A stretch of DNA of 64,000 nt from Trichoplax sp. H2 (GCA_003344405.1 NOWV01000161.1:1-64000); one strand, 5' to 3'; shown: positions 16,120 through 31,933, counted from the first letter of the stretch. Made by a program: numbers and translations. The notes: generated from the sequence alone by a model not told the origin.

Positions 16120-19100
16120 TTACTGATTAGAAATATATTGTTGACAATATCGATTTAAATCTGAGTAAGGCGATACGGAGGAAGCAAAGGTAGATAAAAA
16201 GGTTCTCTTTTGAGTCTGGTCAAGGTCCTACAAGGTAAAAAAACGCAGCATAACCAATTTTTGATTAATATAATTACATCAAGCACACAGTAGCCTATAA
16301 TGATCAGAAAGAATCGAAACATTTGCATACCTTATTGACGAAAAAATCCAGAGCAGTCGTATAAAATATTTGTTTATCAACTTGCTCTAATTTACCTATT
16401 CTACTGATCACATAAGGCAACCTAAGAAATAAATTCAAAATAATTCGAAGACAGTAATATCAATGGTTAGGCAAAGATCAAAAAATTTGCTTCAGATAGT
16501 AATCGCAGTAGTCTATGTATCCTACAATGATCGGATCCAGTAATTAGTTGAAGCACTGATTAGTAAACAATTCAAACCCCATACAGCCATAGCTAAAGGT
16601 GTCCTATAAATGAATTATATGGCTAAATCTTAGTCTTTCAATAATTACACTTATTTCATATTCGATATTATTACCTTTGCGTAAAACTACCGATAGAGAG
16701 CATGACCCATTTTGTAACTGCTGTCTGCTGCGACTGACGCTGAAGATTTTCAAAAACTTTAAATAGTACTTCAGCCATAAGTTGAGGATGAGGTTGTTGA
16801 CTACTTAAAAACTCTCCTATAACTTTATTCATTATCTCCTGAGGTGAAAAGAAATCTTCCAATACAGAAGGTAAAATATGAGCAACTACTGTAGCTTCCG
16901 AAGGCAGCCCCTTCCTAATCCTATTAGTATAAGATTACAGATAACAATATGTTAAGTACGATTGAGATGATAATAAAAAATTCAAAATCGTATAGTAATT
17001 TTAAAATTAAAATGCTGCTGAAAGCTGAATACAGAACAGAATATTCATCAAAATTTAAGGTTAAGGTTATTAATGTATAGTAAACTAGTATGCATTAATA
17101 TACTCAATGCAAAGTTTTGATACTATTCCATTCAATATTCAGCTTATTACAGTATATGATAATCTGTCATATATACTATCGTATATTTGTTGAGAAAAGT
17201 ATATATTATCCAAAAGAAATAAAGAATAGGAATAATAGGACAAATACAACATTCATGGATGATAGCAGTAACAAGGTAGATCTCATTCACCTGTCAAATA
17301 AGATAGTCACTCGCTCAATTGTATGTACGTTGGCCATAGCATCAAGCTCTTGACCAGGGTTGGCTTCACTTTCAATTTTTCCTAGAATATGTATAACAGT
17401 TAGGTGGTTGCTAACTTGCTACTGAACGCTGGCTTGATATTAAATCCCAATGTTCTTACCGGCGTACATGCATGTTAAAAGTAGTCCAAGAGCAGACAAA
17501 GCTCTCTCAGGGCTTGGCATAGATAATCTAAATGATGCAATTGTAACAATAAAAATATCATCATTCTGCAATGTTAAGGATGTATTCGCATATAATTATA
17601 AGGTGCCTAAACTTACGTATCCTTACCTATCTATACTAAGTTTGATAATCATATCCGATTCATCCGGTGTTAACGTAAAGGATAAAATAATTCTCTCTAG
17701 TCCTCTCATAATGGCATGATATATAACAGGAGGGGTTACTTCATCGCTGGCACTGATCATTGTCACAACAATCTAATAAAAATATGAGTTTGTACATTTC
17801 GTATACCAAGAATAAGCCATATGCGTAATATTATAATACACTTCTATAATCTATTTCCCTATTTCGGGTAATGTTATTAACAAGAATACTTACTTGTAAC
17901 ACTAACTGAAAAAAGTTTGTGTCTTTAATGTCATCCACATAATGTTCAATAATAAAGAAAGCTGCCGATAGCATTACCAAAGTATGTTGATAACTAGTTC
18001 CAAACGACATCCTGAGCGCAATCAATATTTTAAGTAATTAAGATATAGCTATATTACTCTTTGAATTATGGTGATAACAAATAGAATATAAATCTTACAA
18101 TTGTACTTCACTTAATTTTGTTGTCAAATAATTAATTAGCGGATCTAAGAATGCTGTTAAGGAGCTCATTGGATGGGGTTCTAATATATATAGTACTCCA
18201 AACAGGCCACAAATCTAGTGTTTATTGTGAATTACATTAATGCGACATTTAATATAACAATTTACAAATCATTTCTATAAGTACAGTAGGAATACCTGTA
18301 GCGACAAGTAACTACTCTTCAGTGAAAATTCAATTACGCGACAAATTTTATCAACTGATTGGCCATCCTATGAAATAAGTTATCGACAAATAATTTTAAT
18401 ACAAATGCGTAACCATTTACTGATTAAATTAATTGGAATTACATTTCTAATACTTACTAATCCTAAGACTGAAACGGCTTTACAAATTCCAATGACAATA
18501 TACTGCATCATGACATCGTCTTCGGCTGGATGATATTTATATAATTCCATAAATATATCATACATCCACTGAAAGTGTTCACGATTAACGAAAATATCTG
18601 ACAATACCAAAACCTGAAGTGAAGCAAAAAATGCTAAGAAGCGAATGATAAATCCAGAAAGGACAATGGCTGAAATAAATTACTTTTATTACCGATTTTG
18701 CAGCTTCTCGTTTAAGGTTAATTGTTATATTTTGTGAAGTTTGAGGTGTAAGCCACCGTTCAAATAATTCGAGTAGAAATTGTAAACAAGAATGAATGTC
18801 TAATCCGATATCTTCTTCAAATATTGTAGCTCTTGAATAAGCGTCGTCTTTGTTGTCAGTCTCCGAAACTTGCATTCGCAATACACAAACTGGAACCTTT
18901 AATAATATAATCAAAGGAACTGTTATGATAAGATGTACATGAGTGACTGATGTAATCAATCTAAGAATTTAGATCACAAACCTGGCCAAGAACATATTCC
19001 AAGCATGATATGTCACGTTCAGTGTTGCTATTATATAGCATTCGGCTACTGTTATGGTTACTACGTAACCAAAAGTGGCTCTTTTTTGACATGCTTGTCA

Positions 19101-22100
19101 TTGTACTTTGCATACAACCCATATTATTGTAATAATTAATGGGTACACTTCTACAGCCAGCAGTTCTTTATACGTAATGCCGATGAAAAAAGTATTAAAA
19201 TATTAGTTCATAACCCCCATTTATTTGAATTATTGGCATATTACTGATGAAAAATTAACTTAAACCCTCTTTACCTTCTAATTGAAAATTTCTCAATTGA
19301 CTTTTCGACTATTCCTCGTACTTTTTCAAGTTTCTTACCAATGCTAATCCAGTAGTAGAAATTGCTTGCATAAGTTTTTTCTATTGCAGTATAATATCGT
19401 TACATCATTATTCATAGTGACTTACACAGAGTTCATAAATGGCAAAGGCTTATGTCTTGAAGAATGCAAATATATACAGCGATTTGGTCGACCAGCTATA
19501 GGAATCAACGACGTATGCAATAACAAGGACGTTAAACCTTCTACTGCTATGCAGTTAGAATGATTCAGTTCAGAAATTTCCTAAGTGAATCAGAGAGATT
19601 AAAAAAGGTATAAAAATAGAATTCTTTCAAGATAGTAACGATCTTCCTCTAATACTGTATAAGGCTTAAAAAAATGATGCTAGAAAATTTACATCATTGG
19701 ATGCATTTTCGGGTATTGAAGTCCCTAACACGCCTAACAGAGCAACCCAAATCTCTTCAAATTGTTGTCGTGATGTCCAACCTAATACAAATAAAGGCAT
19801 TAAAGTTGCTAAAGAAGTAACAAAATTTTTATCTCGATTTAATAACATTGACAGTAATGATATTTAGAGTACCTAGTAAATTAATACGAAAAACAAAATC
19901 TTCAAGTATATCTTTTTCACAAAGATAATCAGGAGATAAAGGTGGCAAAGGTTCAGAAGGATGATACTGATTATCAGCAAGCCATCCCATTTTCCAAGCA
20001 AGTAATGGAACGCAACAATAGCTATTGAAAAGAGGCAAGCGAGCTAATCCAAGTAAGACGCTAATACATGGACCAATTAAAAATTGTGGGATTTGAAATA
20101 CTGATCGATGGCTAGCGCTATAGCTAAAAATAGTGCGATGACTATGTAGTAGCTGTGATAGCTTATCACAAGCGTTAAAAATCATAATATCATGGTCATT
20201 ATTTATTGATTGCTGTATAAGGTCAGTGGATAAATTTGATGGCACCAAGACACTACCAGGTGATAAACCGATTGATATTATTAAATCGTAAACAAATTGA
20301 ACGCCTTGACATATAACTCGATGATAATCTGGGTTAGAATAAATGGACACATATTTCTTAGAGAATAAAGCCACTGAAGCGCAGGAAAGTGCCGAATAAA
20401 GTTCTTCATAGCAATAAGTCAATTCAGTTATCATACGGCACGATACACCGAGTGACAATAACGCAAAGCGAGCAGCAGCTTCGCAAAACTCATCAGGTAA
20501 ATGATAATCAGTTGTCAAATCCACTTCTGATTCCAATACTAGCGTTAGACATTTCGTTAGAGAATTTATGTCCTTAACACGTTGAAAGTCGCGAATAATA
20601 TTTTTGAATTCAATAAGGCTACTAAATTGAGTAGCAGATGTCTTGGTCTCGACTGTATCATGATCAGCGGAAGATAAATCAATATTTTGTGGTTGGGCAG
20701 CTTGTTCTCGCTGATAATCATCACGATTTTTCTGTTCTGTTAGAATCATATTTAGTTGATCTGTTATCCTGCCCATAAGGACTTTTTGGCACTCTAGAAA
20801 AAATTTACTGGGTTCGTGTTGATAACTGCCATTATCTAATTGATGTTGACTTTTATCATTATGGCCATTTGATCCACTTACTTCAGCATCATCAGACTTT
20901 GAACGTTGAAATTCTGCTAGACACACAGTTATACAATCTTCCAGTAAACTTATATCAAAATCATGGCTATTTAATATTTCAACAGCATCTGACAATGGCA
21001 AATTACGCAGTAATAACGAATATTTCCGTGATGCGTTAATAGAATTTTTATCTTGGAAACATCGGTGCTTAATCATATCTAAAAACCAAACTTTATCAAC
21101 TTGGATTGTAGGATTTAGGCTACATTGACGACTGAGTTGACTAATTTCATCTGCATTAATTGTAACATGATTTAAGACCCGAATAATAAGCGATTTTAAT
21201 CTTAAATGACGATTTAACTTAAATGTATCTTTCAAAAATTGGGTTAATACATCTGCTTTGCCATCAGCCAATTGTTGTTGACAATCTTCAACAGATTCAG
21301 TCAATAAAAAATCCAAACGATTGCAAGCTAAAGTCTCAAATAACCTTCCAATACAGCGATGATGAGTATCTAATAATTTAGTTACGATTAGACTAATAAG
21401 TGAGCCGGTTAAACTGTCATGAATATCTGACAGACAACGTACCAATTTTCTGCCGAAGGATGGTTTCGATAACAAATTTATCATGGAAAACTTTAATCCA
21501 TCAGCTACACCTTGTAAAAAGATACCACTTAATTCGACGTCGCCGTTAATATTATTAAGTAAATTAATAGCTGGAGGTTCAAACGATAATTCAACAATAT
21601 TTAGTGCATAATTCGATATAAACCATGGCAAAATTTGCTTAAAGGTGGGTCCTTGGTAATAAGATTGTAAGGAGTCCGACAGTAGCAATATAATACCACG
21701 ACGAATAACTTCGTGACTACAACTAGGGAGCTTATTTACGGCTCGTAACGCTATCTTTGATACATATTCACCACGTAGTAATAATTGCTCCCACCACCCT
21801 TTATCAGTAAATTCAAGCTGCAATAATAACTCGCACCAATCAAGCACTAATCTCGGCATACTCTGACGTAAATCAAGTATTAAACTATTAATTTGACCTA
21901 TAATAGTGTTTCCGTAACCTTCCTGTTGATAATTTTTAATTAATGATTTGGCTTGCTGAGTAAATTTTCTGTATACGGCTTTTTTAATAATATATTTTAG
22001 ATACAGAAATAATAAATGTATTTCAGCTCCTAAAAATGCATACTTTGATTCTTCATTACTAGGGGTTGTGATACTTTCAACTAATTTCCCAATTGCATTC

Positions 22101-25100
22101 TTAATGACGTAAAATATGAACTGGGTCAACACATCAACAGCGTTATAATTAGATCGTTCCAGGTCTTCATTTGACAAAGTAAATTGTCTGTCATCGATGT
22201 GCATTTCTTCAATACGACCGAGTATAGTATCTTCATCAGCGCGTAGCAAAAATATGTGAAAAATAATCAAAATGCTAGCTAGCCAACGATGAACCTTTAC
22301 TTCACTTTCCATATTGGCTGGTGTAAAAAATGCTTTAACTAGCATATCAATAGGCCTCAGCGAAATTGGCATTACCATTTCAAAGAATCGATGTAATACA
22401 TGCAAAGCGTGGATGGAATCAACATTAACCTATTTCGTATAAGACCATATAGTATTCATAACATTATTAGTATACTTTATCAAGGATATTCATCTGAATA
22501 TATTTCATTATCAGATGCTAAATATATTTATATATGGATGGACCTGCAATTTCGTCAGCAACGGAAGTAGGAAATCTACCATTTGGCGTGAAATGCGCTT
22601 CCAACGATTCTCTTCATCGCGACATGATGACAGTATAACTAGGCATAACTCAACCGTCTGAATTGCAATAATAGTATGGAATTAGCTAATATCGTTAAAT
22701 AAGCATCTATCCCATACCATTACATTTGTGATAAAAAAGACAAAAACTAAATTTTTAACTTGAAATTATATTAGCGGCACCTCATGATGATCCATCAATT
22801 TCATTAGAGTTGCAATAACAACTTCTCTTTGAGCGTCCAATTGTTTACCTTCTTCACCTTTCGGCTTTAGTAAGGAACGTACGTTGAATAAGTCAAACAC
22901 CACAGGCCGAAATGCAGGAATGACTAAAAACATTACAGTTAGAAAAAATAACTGTTACGGATATTTAATGGGTAAAAAATATTGTATTACTATCGACGTG
23001 AATAACTTAAAGTTCCATGTTGATATTCATACCATGAGCAGGTGCTAACTGTCCGCTTGCCATTATACCGTCAGACAATTGAAGTATGCGAGGTATACCA
23101 ACAATAGGTTCGAGATTCATTCGCTCGTACGACAAAAGTATCAGGAACTGAAATATACTTGGGATTATATTCTCGCTCTCTCTATTATTGACAAGGAGCA
23201 AAGCTTAGAATTAGTGCCAGATTGTAGTAAAGTGGGTATTGAATAACTTTTTTAAAGAATTATATTATTTAAATAAGCGAATACTTCATTTGTCCAGCTT
23301 CTATTAACTCAAATTGCCGCAAAATAAAGTTAACGAAGGACTAGAATGAGATGCAAATAATCTACGTTAATACTGTAGACATGTCAAAATCTCGTTTTAA
23401 AAATTCGAGAAAGTAATTTTATTATTAAAATTTTTAAATATTTTTTACCTGATCCGCATCCAGTAACGAATAGTTGACCCTTATCTTGATAAGCTGTGCA
23501 AGCAAGTGAAGAATTTGTTGCTGTAAGTCTACACTACTTGTGAAGGTGTATTGTTTCAGTGCATGGATTACTAACGGTTCAAAGATACGGATAAGCTGGA
23601 CGGGGCGCTATTATTCATCGCAAGGCAATCAGAGTGCAAATATTAGCGGTCTTTCGGCGTAAATTCGGTAAAGTAAGACACATTAAAGTATTATCACTAT
23701 TCTAGTTCAGAACCTTGTTATCGGCCCTTCCTCCTGTTTCTGATGCTGGTAATCGACTGTGTGATTTGATCGTAACAGCGTCTTCCTCGAGTTGAAAATC
23801 ATCTTGGCTATTCTTTATACCAATCATTTTAATAGCAAATTGTTTTAAAGGCAATTCTGAGTAGATTTGGTGAAAACCTGTAAAGATGTCCTTAGCTGCT
23901 TTATTCGTGTATCTATTTCTGCAAACGTTGACTGGTATTTGCCAAGGATTAGTCGCTGCATTTATACTGAACAAACATCTAATAAACTTGACATAAAAAA
24001 TATTTACAACGTGATTATAATTTTGGATGTGCCGGATCACTTTTGTTTCATCAATTTCGAAGGGTGCCTTACCTGTTGGACGCAACGTAATGTTGCAGCA
24101 GATTCTCTCTTAATGCATGCTTGCATATAATTAACAAATTCTTCTACATACTATATAGATAGATTGCATGTTGATTAATTTATGAACAAATGTAGATACA
24201 CGAATATGCTCCGATACCTTTATACTATTATTGATATTTGAATATTGTATCTACCTACCCGACCAGTTTCATTTAACGTCGCAACTTCAAGAATTTTGCT
24301 AAAGGAAGTCAACGTAGTTTTGAGTAAGTTAGCGAATTTATCCTCGGATTCATTTGTAGCTAAGGAAGACTGATGGTAAGAAAGTAAGTCATAAGTCGTT
24401 AATAATAACACTTGTAGTCGGTAGCTAGACAATGGGAAAAAAGCAAGAGAAATTTGGAACCATAATTATAACTAATTAGTAACAACATTAATCAAGCATT
24501 ATATTTCAGTCGAAAACTAAAGTAAAAATACAGTAATAGAGATTCTTCAAAATTATAACAGCAATATCATTGATGAAATTTTCATACAATTAATGGACAA
24601 ATAGCTACGAAAAACGATATTAAAATTTCTCATCATTATAATTAATCGACTATAAGTAATGAATAGAACATGCCACTGCAGTGATTCGGATTATATCGGC
24701 AAATGAATGTACCTATTGCTTACCTGATAGCTTGATTGAACATTTCTTAATTCTTCATATAGTTTAAAATAGTGCGCTACATTTACAAATTGACCAACTA
24801 TTCCATTATCTGCAATTCGACCGGATCTTGTTGAGGTAAAGTCGCTGGTATCATTTGATGGAGTTAACTCTTTTTTATCATTGACTGCAGCACCAGACTC
24901 ACCGCGATTACGAAATGAAAACCGCTTCTTTGGAGATACAACAGCAGCTAACGAACCAGCAGATGCACTAGCCGTTAATCCGGCAATACTACCACTTTTT
25001 TCACGTAAAAACTCTTTAGCCTTTTGTGTTTGTGGAATAGTCGTTGGCAAATCATCTATAACGTGCGTAAAAATATTAAGTAATCGTGAAATATGTGCGA

Positions 25101-28100
25101 ATAGTTGGTTTGCCAATGGCACCAACAAGAAATCGCTTAACGCAGGCCAACTTTCTGTAATTTCAAATTTTCCATTCTCGCCATCACTTGTTAAGATTGA
25201 GTTGAAGGAAGCACCAACTAGTAGATTACATGCCAAAATAAGTACATCATTATGAGTCTGTAAGTCAAACGTAACCCATGACGACGTTAGTAATGATACC
25301 ATTAACGGTAACGGACCACTACCATTACTACCGCTAATATCATCTAAACTACCAAAGCTATTTTGACGTGATACGTTATTAGTATTGGCAGACAAATCTC
25401 CCTTTGGCTTACTTCGATGGTAACCCCAAGCAGAGCTATACTTATCAACTGGATAATTATTAGATAGTATAGATAAAGCGTGTAGGCAACCTGTCATAAA
25501 ATATTTTGATGATGTTATGTGTAGCTTGGCTAATAAAGAATTAATTATACGCGAAAGGTTAGCCAGGGTAATGTCATCAACATATTCATGTCGATCATCA
25601 GTTTTTGTTACTGCTGAACCTTTGGTTAACAATGATAGATTCTTGCTCATATCATGCTCGTAATTTAATATATTAACATCGTCTACTAAGGATTGTTGTG
25701 CAGCAGCCGTAATATAATCACCTTTAGGGTGATCGATCGGATAAAACAGATGAGGAATAATTTTAACTAATGTTGTTGTTGTTGCTTGTCGCACACGAAT
25801 ATCTTCATCACCTAATAGCAACATGATAACTTCATCAACAACTTGTTGTTGAGTACAAGGCGAACAATATGATCGCAAAAAGTCAATATTTGCACGACTT
25901 TGGTGCCAATAGTGCAACAAAGTGAAATCTAATTCAGTCAAAATATCCAGTAACTTAACGCGAACAAGCCAATACGGATGAATTTTTAATTGAAGTACGG
26001 TAGCAATAATATTCCATGACAATTGACTCTCATCACTCTTCATTAGTGAATTCAGGCATAATTTAACGCCTTGTATTGCCATACCAATAACAACTGATGA
26101 TTCATCTTTCAATAGTAATAATAAGAGATTTACAAAATTTTCAAGGTAAACTTCATGTTCATTCTTAAATTGTTGCGACAAACAACTGTGTAACCATAAA
26201 TCATAGTGATATCCAGCAACAATCAGTGAGGTCTTAATATAATTGCCGATAAGTAGGGCGATATTACCACGTAATTTTGGATCAGAATGATTAGCGTATT
26301 GTAATACATCCCGGACACGATAGATTTCAAATGCTTGATCATTACGCCCCTCTTGATAACTCGCTATTGATTGTGCATAAAGCGGAGCGATAAAAGCTTG
26401 TGGACAAAATCCTAAAGCTTGAGATACACAATTTAACGACAAAACCTTGACACTTACACGGATAATTTTATCGGGTATTAATTGACCATTTTCACCATCC
26501 AATAGAAATGATGTGCATAGCATACGAATGCACGAAACAATTGGAGCTTTATTACTATCCACCAATCTATCCCATATTCTCGAAATATCACTACCTTCTA
26601 TAGAAGGGCGACTAATATCACTACTGTCATCTGCTAAGCTATCCTCCTCATTTGCTTCTGTTACGGGTTGACTCACACCAGCTGAATCTTGATTAGTAGT
26701 AGTAGCATCAGAGCTCTGATTTAAATTAAGTTGGACAGCTACGTTGTCGGCTAGATCAATCTCAACTGATATATTATTGCCTCCTTTAACAACTGCATCT
26801 GGAGCTAAGCTATCTTTATTCTCAACGGCTGATATCGCTGGGTCTATACTTGCTTCTACATTGTCTGCCTTAGATTCTAACTGATCGAGATTACTACTTG
26901 ATTTATTAGGAACAATCTCATGGCTGCTTCCAATACGAGCGATATTGATCATTAAAGTATCATCTGGATCAGATAGTAACAGAGACAGTAATGACTTAGG
27001 TGGTGATTTCAGTATCAGTTGGAGAGTTTCAAGAGCAGCTGTGACAACATTATGGTTAGTGTGCTTTAAGCAGGCCATCACAATTCCGTACATCTACAAC
27101 AGTGAAAGGTGCAATAATTCAAAATGAGGAATAACAAATTTCATTTGAAATCTTTCCCATCAAATCATTATTAAATATTTGATTAATAATCTAGGTTTCT
27201 TTCGAATTATGGCTTAAATAAGTAATACTGTATCTAATTGCAATACGGTACTGCGAATTCCTATATTTATATAACAGTCAGAAAAAGCATTTACCTTAAT
27301 CAGATGCATGATGTTAACCGGAGAGGAATCTGCATTTTCCGTGATGATTCCACCGATAGTGCCATGAATTCCTCCACTAACTGTATCTTTAATAGGTTTG
27401 GATAAATATGGTACAATACTACGTAGACATAATAATGTACCAAGCAGTAAGAAATTCTGCTGATAAACATTTTGTAGCGGTAGTAAAATATCTAGAAGAA
27501 AAATTGAATAAATAGATAAATAGCTAAGCCATGTCAAGAACATAAATTAAATTACTATTCCGAAAATAAATATTACCAATCAGCTCACTAACGAGCCAAG
27601 AAAAGAAATAATTGGGCTTCGTAGTATGCCTACATAATAATGTAACAGCAGAAGCAGCGGTACGTCTGGCAGTGGCAGAACTCGATTTGATGTTTATCAA
27701 AAAATTTCTAATCAATATCTAAATGTGTCATATACCGATAGATAGGGAGACAAACAGTGAATTTCTATCCAGTTAAGTTGTCCAAAAGTATAGCTTCCAC
27801 AAATATAACAGTATCTTAAAAATTCGTATAAAGCATTTACCTTTACTTCTGAATCATTGATGAATTTTCCAAAAACCGGGCAAATTTTTTGCAATGCAGA
27901 AGCAACAGTATCCTAACAACACAGTAAACTCACTGATTCATAGCTTAAAAGGTATAATAAAGCAAAATGTAACTCCTATTGTAAAACAACAGCTAAATGC
28001 TGTAATTAAAATAAGTTGTGCGTGATAACCAATATACCTGAACAGAATCATCTTGTCTCTTACAAATTCTGACAATTCGTGGAAGAGCATTAAGCGCAAA

Positions 28101-30902
28101 TGTTCTATTATGAATCATTTTATAGTGTTTGATGTAATTAAAGTGGTAAAAATGCATAGTTTTTAAAATGCGCTATCATATCCAGTTATTATGACAATTG
28201 TTGAAGTAACACCAATGCTATTGTCTATCGAGTAATCTGATTGATATAGTTATCCGTACTATGCTAACCTGCATTTTTGCGGTCTGATTAGATGGCACAA
28301 GTCTGCAAACCGCCATAAGGCAGCTCTCAATGATCTTGATGTTCCATTCTACTCCAAGGGTAAATATATATACACATATAAGTTTACACATCGTCATATC
28401 ATACTACATTTCAATCTACAGTGTGTACTGAACATGGATTCGCTACTAGCTCATACATATACGCAACATATAGTACTATACAGTACCACTATTCCAATAC
28501 TTAGTTAATATACTGTTCATACTGTACATCATCATATAGTATACTAAAAGTTATATAAACTTTCTATAACTAATACCGCACTACATAACGATTATTAACA
28601 ACGTAATGCGTACCTTTTTAATTTCCTTATACAACTCGATATGCACTCGTCCAATATTAATATCCATTAAAACCTTACATAAATAAACAAAACCGATAAT
28701 GAACGAACAAGTACACGCTTAACCTATAAAATGATCAACGCATATGTCTGTACTTTGATGGTTTTATTTAAGACTTCATCTGCTATCATGCGAACATCCG
28801 ATTCGGAGTCATCACAAGCTATCAATAAAATCTCAATGGCAATGCTAATTAATTTACCAAATTCTGGTAAACTCCTATTATTTAAACGAAAGAAATGCAA
28901 AAATGCTTTATTTAGTAGGATCAATCATGTTACTTAGCCTATTATTACGAAAAAATATGCTTTCTTTCTGTTTTTATTATATGCGTACAGTGTTTCTAGC
29001 AAGAAATGATTGAAGTTAGTTGTTAACATACACAATATCAGTAGTATATGCAATATTAACTATATCATCTTTTTCTGTGATCTGGGCAATTATTATCTCA
29101 ATTATACAGAGTTTAAGACCGAGGCTTATAACAATATTAATAATGTAGTATTCTACTAAATTGGTAATCCAGAATTCAAAATTTTATCAACACAAATCAA
29201 GTATACCATTTCCATACCAGTTGGAGCAGATAAATTATTTACGGAATACTAATTTAATTGGAAGACAATCGTTCAATTGACAATAAGGTCAATGGTACTA
29301 TAGAGCTTACCTTAACATCATATATGGGTATTGATTATATCATGAGAGTAGCTAAATAATACTTAGTGAATAAATGATCACTGCCACTACATTGTATTAT
29401 TCTATACCAGAGATGTTGAGTTCATGCGATGTAGAATGATATTAAATTTAATACGCTCAATTCTAATTTACAAAGGGAGTGGATTGTAGATGTCATTATG
29501 TCAATGATAACTGATTCTATGTAAATGAAGATGTAATCTGTCCTTGCATAGATTGGATGATAACAAGGCCAACTAATGTTATGGAATATGACAATTCATA
29601 GCTATGGAGCACACCGGTCTCCTAAATGACTACAGTATACAAAACAAATGACTACAGTATACAAAACAGTCAATCCTTCTTAGAAATGCAACGTGTCATT
29701 CACATTCTAATGGAAGCCTCATCTATACTGTACCCTCCAAAATAAAATTGTTACTACTGATTACCACTAATTTACCCAAATTTAAATAGCTAACACCACC
29801 AACTCGATAATAACGTATTAATACAACTTATGGTGTATAACATAACAGGCAGTGGGGCAATGATATTATTACTGTATCTTGATATGTATTTTCATTATCT
29901 GCAGTATCGACAAATAAGTAGAAAGAGACCGCTATCTATTAACACGGGTGCACTCTCTAGTACAGTACAGTACTACGGTACTGTAATTTGTAGACAGTTA
30001 AAATTGTAATAATTCACAGCCAGACATAGAGTATTTCATAAAGTTAGGCACAGATTCATGTTACTTTTTAGTATGATGGTCTAACAGCTAAATACATTAT
30101 TGTCCATTTCCTATTTGTTCTGTATGATTTGACGCCAAAAATGGTAAATAGCATGCATGGTACAACATAAGATTATCCTATCCAATTAGGTTATCAAGTA
30201 ATAGATATAGATAAGGTTTGATCAACTTACTTAATACTTGGTGTATTGATTAATTCAGGTATGGAAGAGCAAAAGAAAATACGTTCCTTCGTAGTCAGTA
30301 CTTCTTTTTTCCTACAATTAGTGTCATTATAATAATCGTCATCATCAGCGATTGAGCAAAAAAGAAATTAGTCCAAATATCAAAACAACAATAAGACGCG
30401 TCATTAATCCTCTATGTTTATCTACTATTTCACTGGAATGTAATCCTAAGCGATAGTCATATCAAGTTTCGATCATTTGCATGATGAATACTTTAATGCA
30501 TATTACATATTTGAAAGTGAAGAATGAATAACATGAGGGTATGGGCATAATTAAATTATATTCAGTAAGCATGTCATTGCATTCAATGATGCTTATGGTA
30601 TAGACAAATGCAGGCTAGCAATACACATCATCTGCAGATCCAACTTTCTCTATTAGAAACACTATTTATCATTGATCACTACACTAGTAGACAAATCTAA
30701 CTATGGCATTAGTAATCTAGCCAAATAGGATGAATAAGGAAGAGTTAAATGGGGGGAAAAAAAGATAATTTGAACAGCCATTTTCTATGCCAATATTGAC
30801 CAACAGTCATGACCTAACTCACCTTGGATCTTCCTCAGGAGCACCTTCATAATAATTTTTTAATGCTTCAAAAGCTCTCAGTAGCTTATCTGCAGCAGAC
30901 AT
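16120..30902 (-). CDS. HTT: Huntingtin orthologue, about 35 exons
   Basis: N17-like start [67 protein letters not shown] and [15 protein letters not shown] match recalled huntingtin motifs in order; GT-AG junctions join in frame. Confidence 0.96.
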
Positions 30903-31192
30903 TTTGGTCGTTTTTAATACCACTCAGTATCTCTAAGCTAATAAATCAATGGCACCATGAGTAGAAATGATTGGATAATGGAAATAATTTTGCTTTTTCC
31001 TTCCTCCTCACTCGGTTAGTTGGTAGCAGAAAGCGCCATTGCACCTTGTCAGTGCTACTGCTGAGTAATGACTGACTTTTCACTGTAGTATTTATACCCA
31101 GTCCAGACTACCGCTCATACAGTACTAGTATGATTTAAATCTTCTTTCAGTACTGTACTAGTACAGTATGGCCTTGGCTCTTCTTTGACCGC

Positions 31193-31200
31193 TGACGTCA
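31193..31200. promoter_or_regulatory. Full palindromic CRE (TGACGTCA) about 290 bp upstream of the HTT start
   Basis: Exact CREB/ATF consensus; function untested. Confidence 0.4.
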
Positions 31201-31933
31201 ACGCAGGACAGTTTCCGTCCGTCTAAAACATGCCCTACAATGGCGTTGTCGAGAGATGCGAGTACAGTAAAAAAATGGTGGAGTCCCACTACTTGGCTGC
31301 TTATTTGAACTCCTATACAGTGTCCATGATAGTCCTCTAAGATTGAGCTAGTTCGTTGGTTTTATATAGTGTAGTAATGTCTATGCTTTCCATGATAGTG
31401 TAGACGTAGAATGATCAGAAAAATGATCAGCCCTTGTCGTCCCTTTGTCTTTCTTCATGACTAGCGTAGTCCCTGATTGATCGTACTAAAATACTGTACT
31501 GCCTAGTGTAGACAGTGTCGACGATTGTCATGGTTATCCCAATCAGCTTCTATACAGTCCACTATATACTGTACAGTTTCACCAGTGGAGTAGAGTAGAA
31601 TGACCAGAAAAATAAGCGGCTTCAGCATGACCATATGACCCTATGACCACTATTTTGCACTGAATGGCCACTTCTCCTTCCCTTAAATAGTCCCTGTGAC
31701 TCTGTGAGTAGTCGTTGGCGAAACAGGACAAACGACTTCTTCTTAAATTAATTAAATGATCTACTATGGTCGAGGATTAGACAAGCCTAAATCCAGTCTA
31801 AGCTCAGATACGATATCCTAACGTTGATTCCTACGATATCAAACACCAGCGACTACTCAACTTCTTTTTTCATAATTTTCATACTCAATACTTTAATTGG
31901 AATTTGTAGTATAGTATTAAGAATCAGTCATAG

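Noticed and set aside
16517..16525. GTATCCT as a U12 donor in an HTT intron
   Set aside because: The motif is on the non-coding strand; the sense donor reads GTAGGA.
24881..25255. Antisense ORFs over HTT and the GPCRs (also 581-835, 6742-6996, 20389-20577, 23867-24130)
   Set aside because: Shadow frames of real coding exons with no recognisable motifs.
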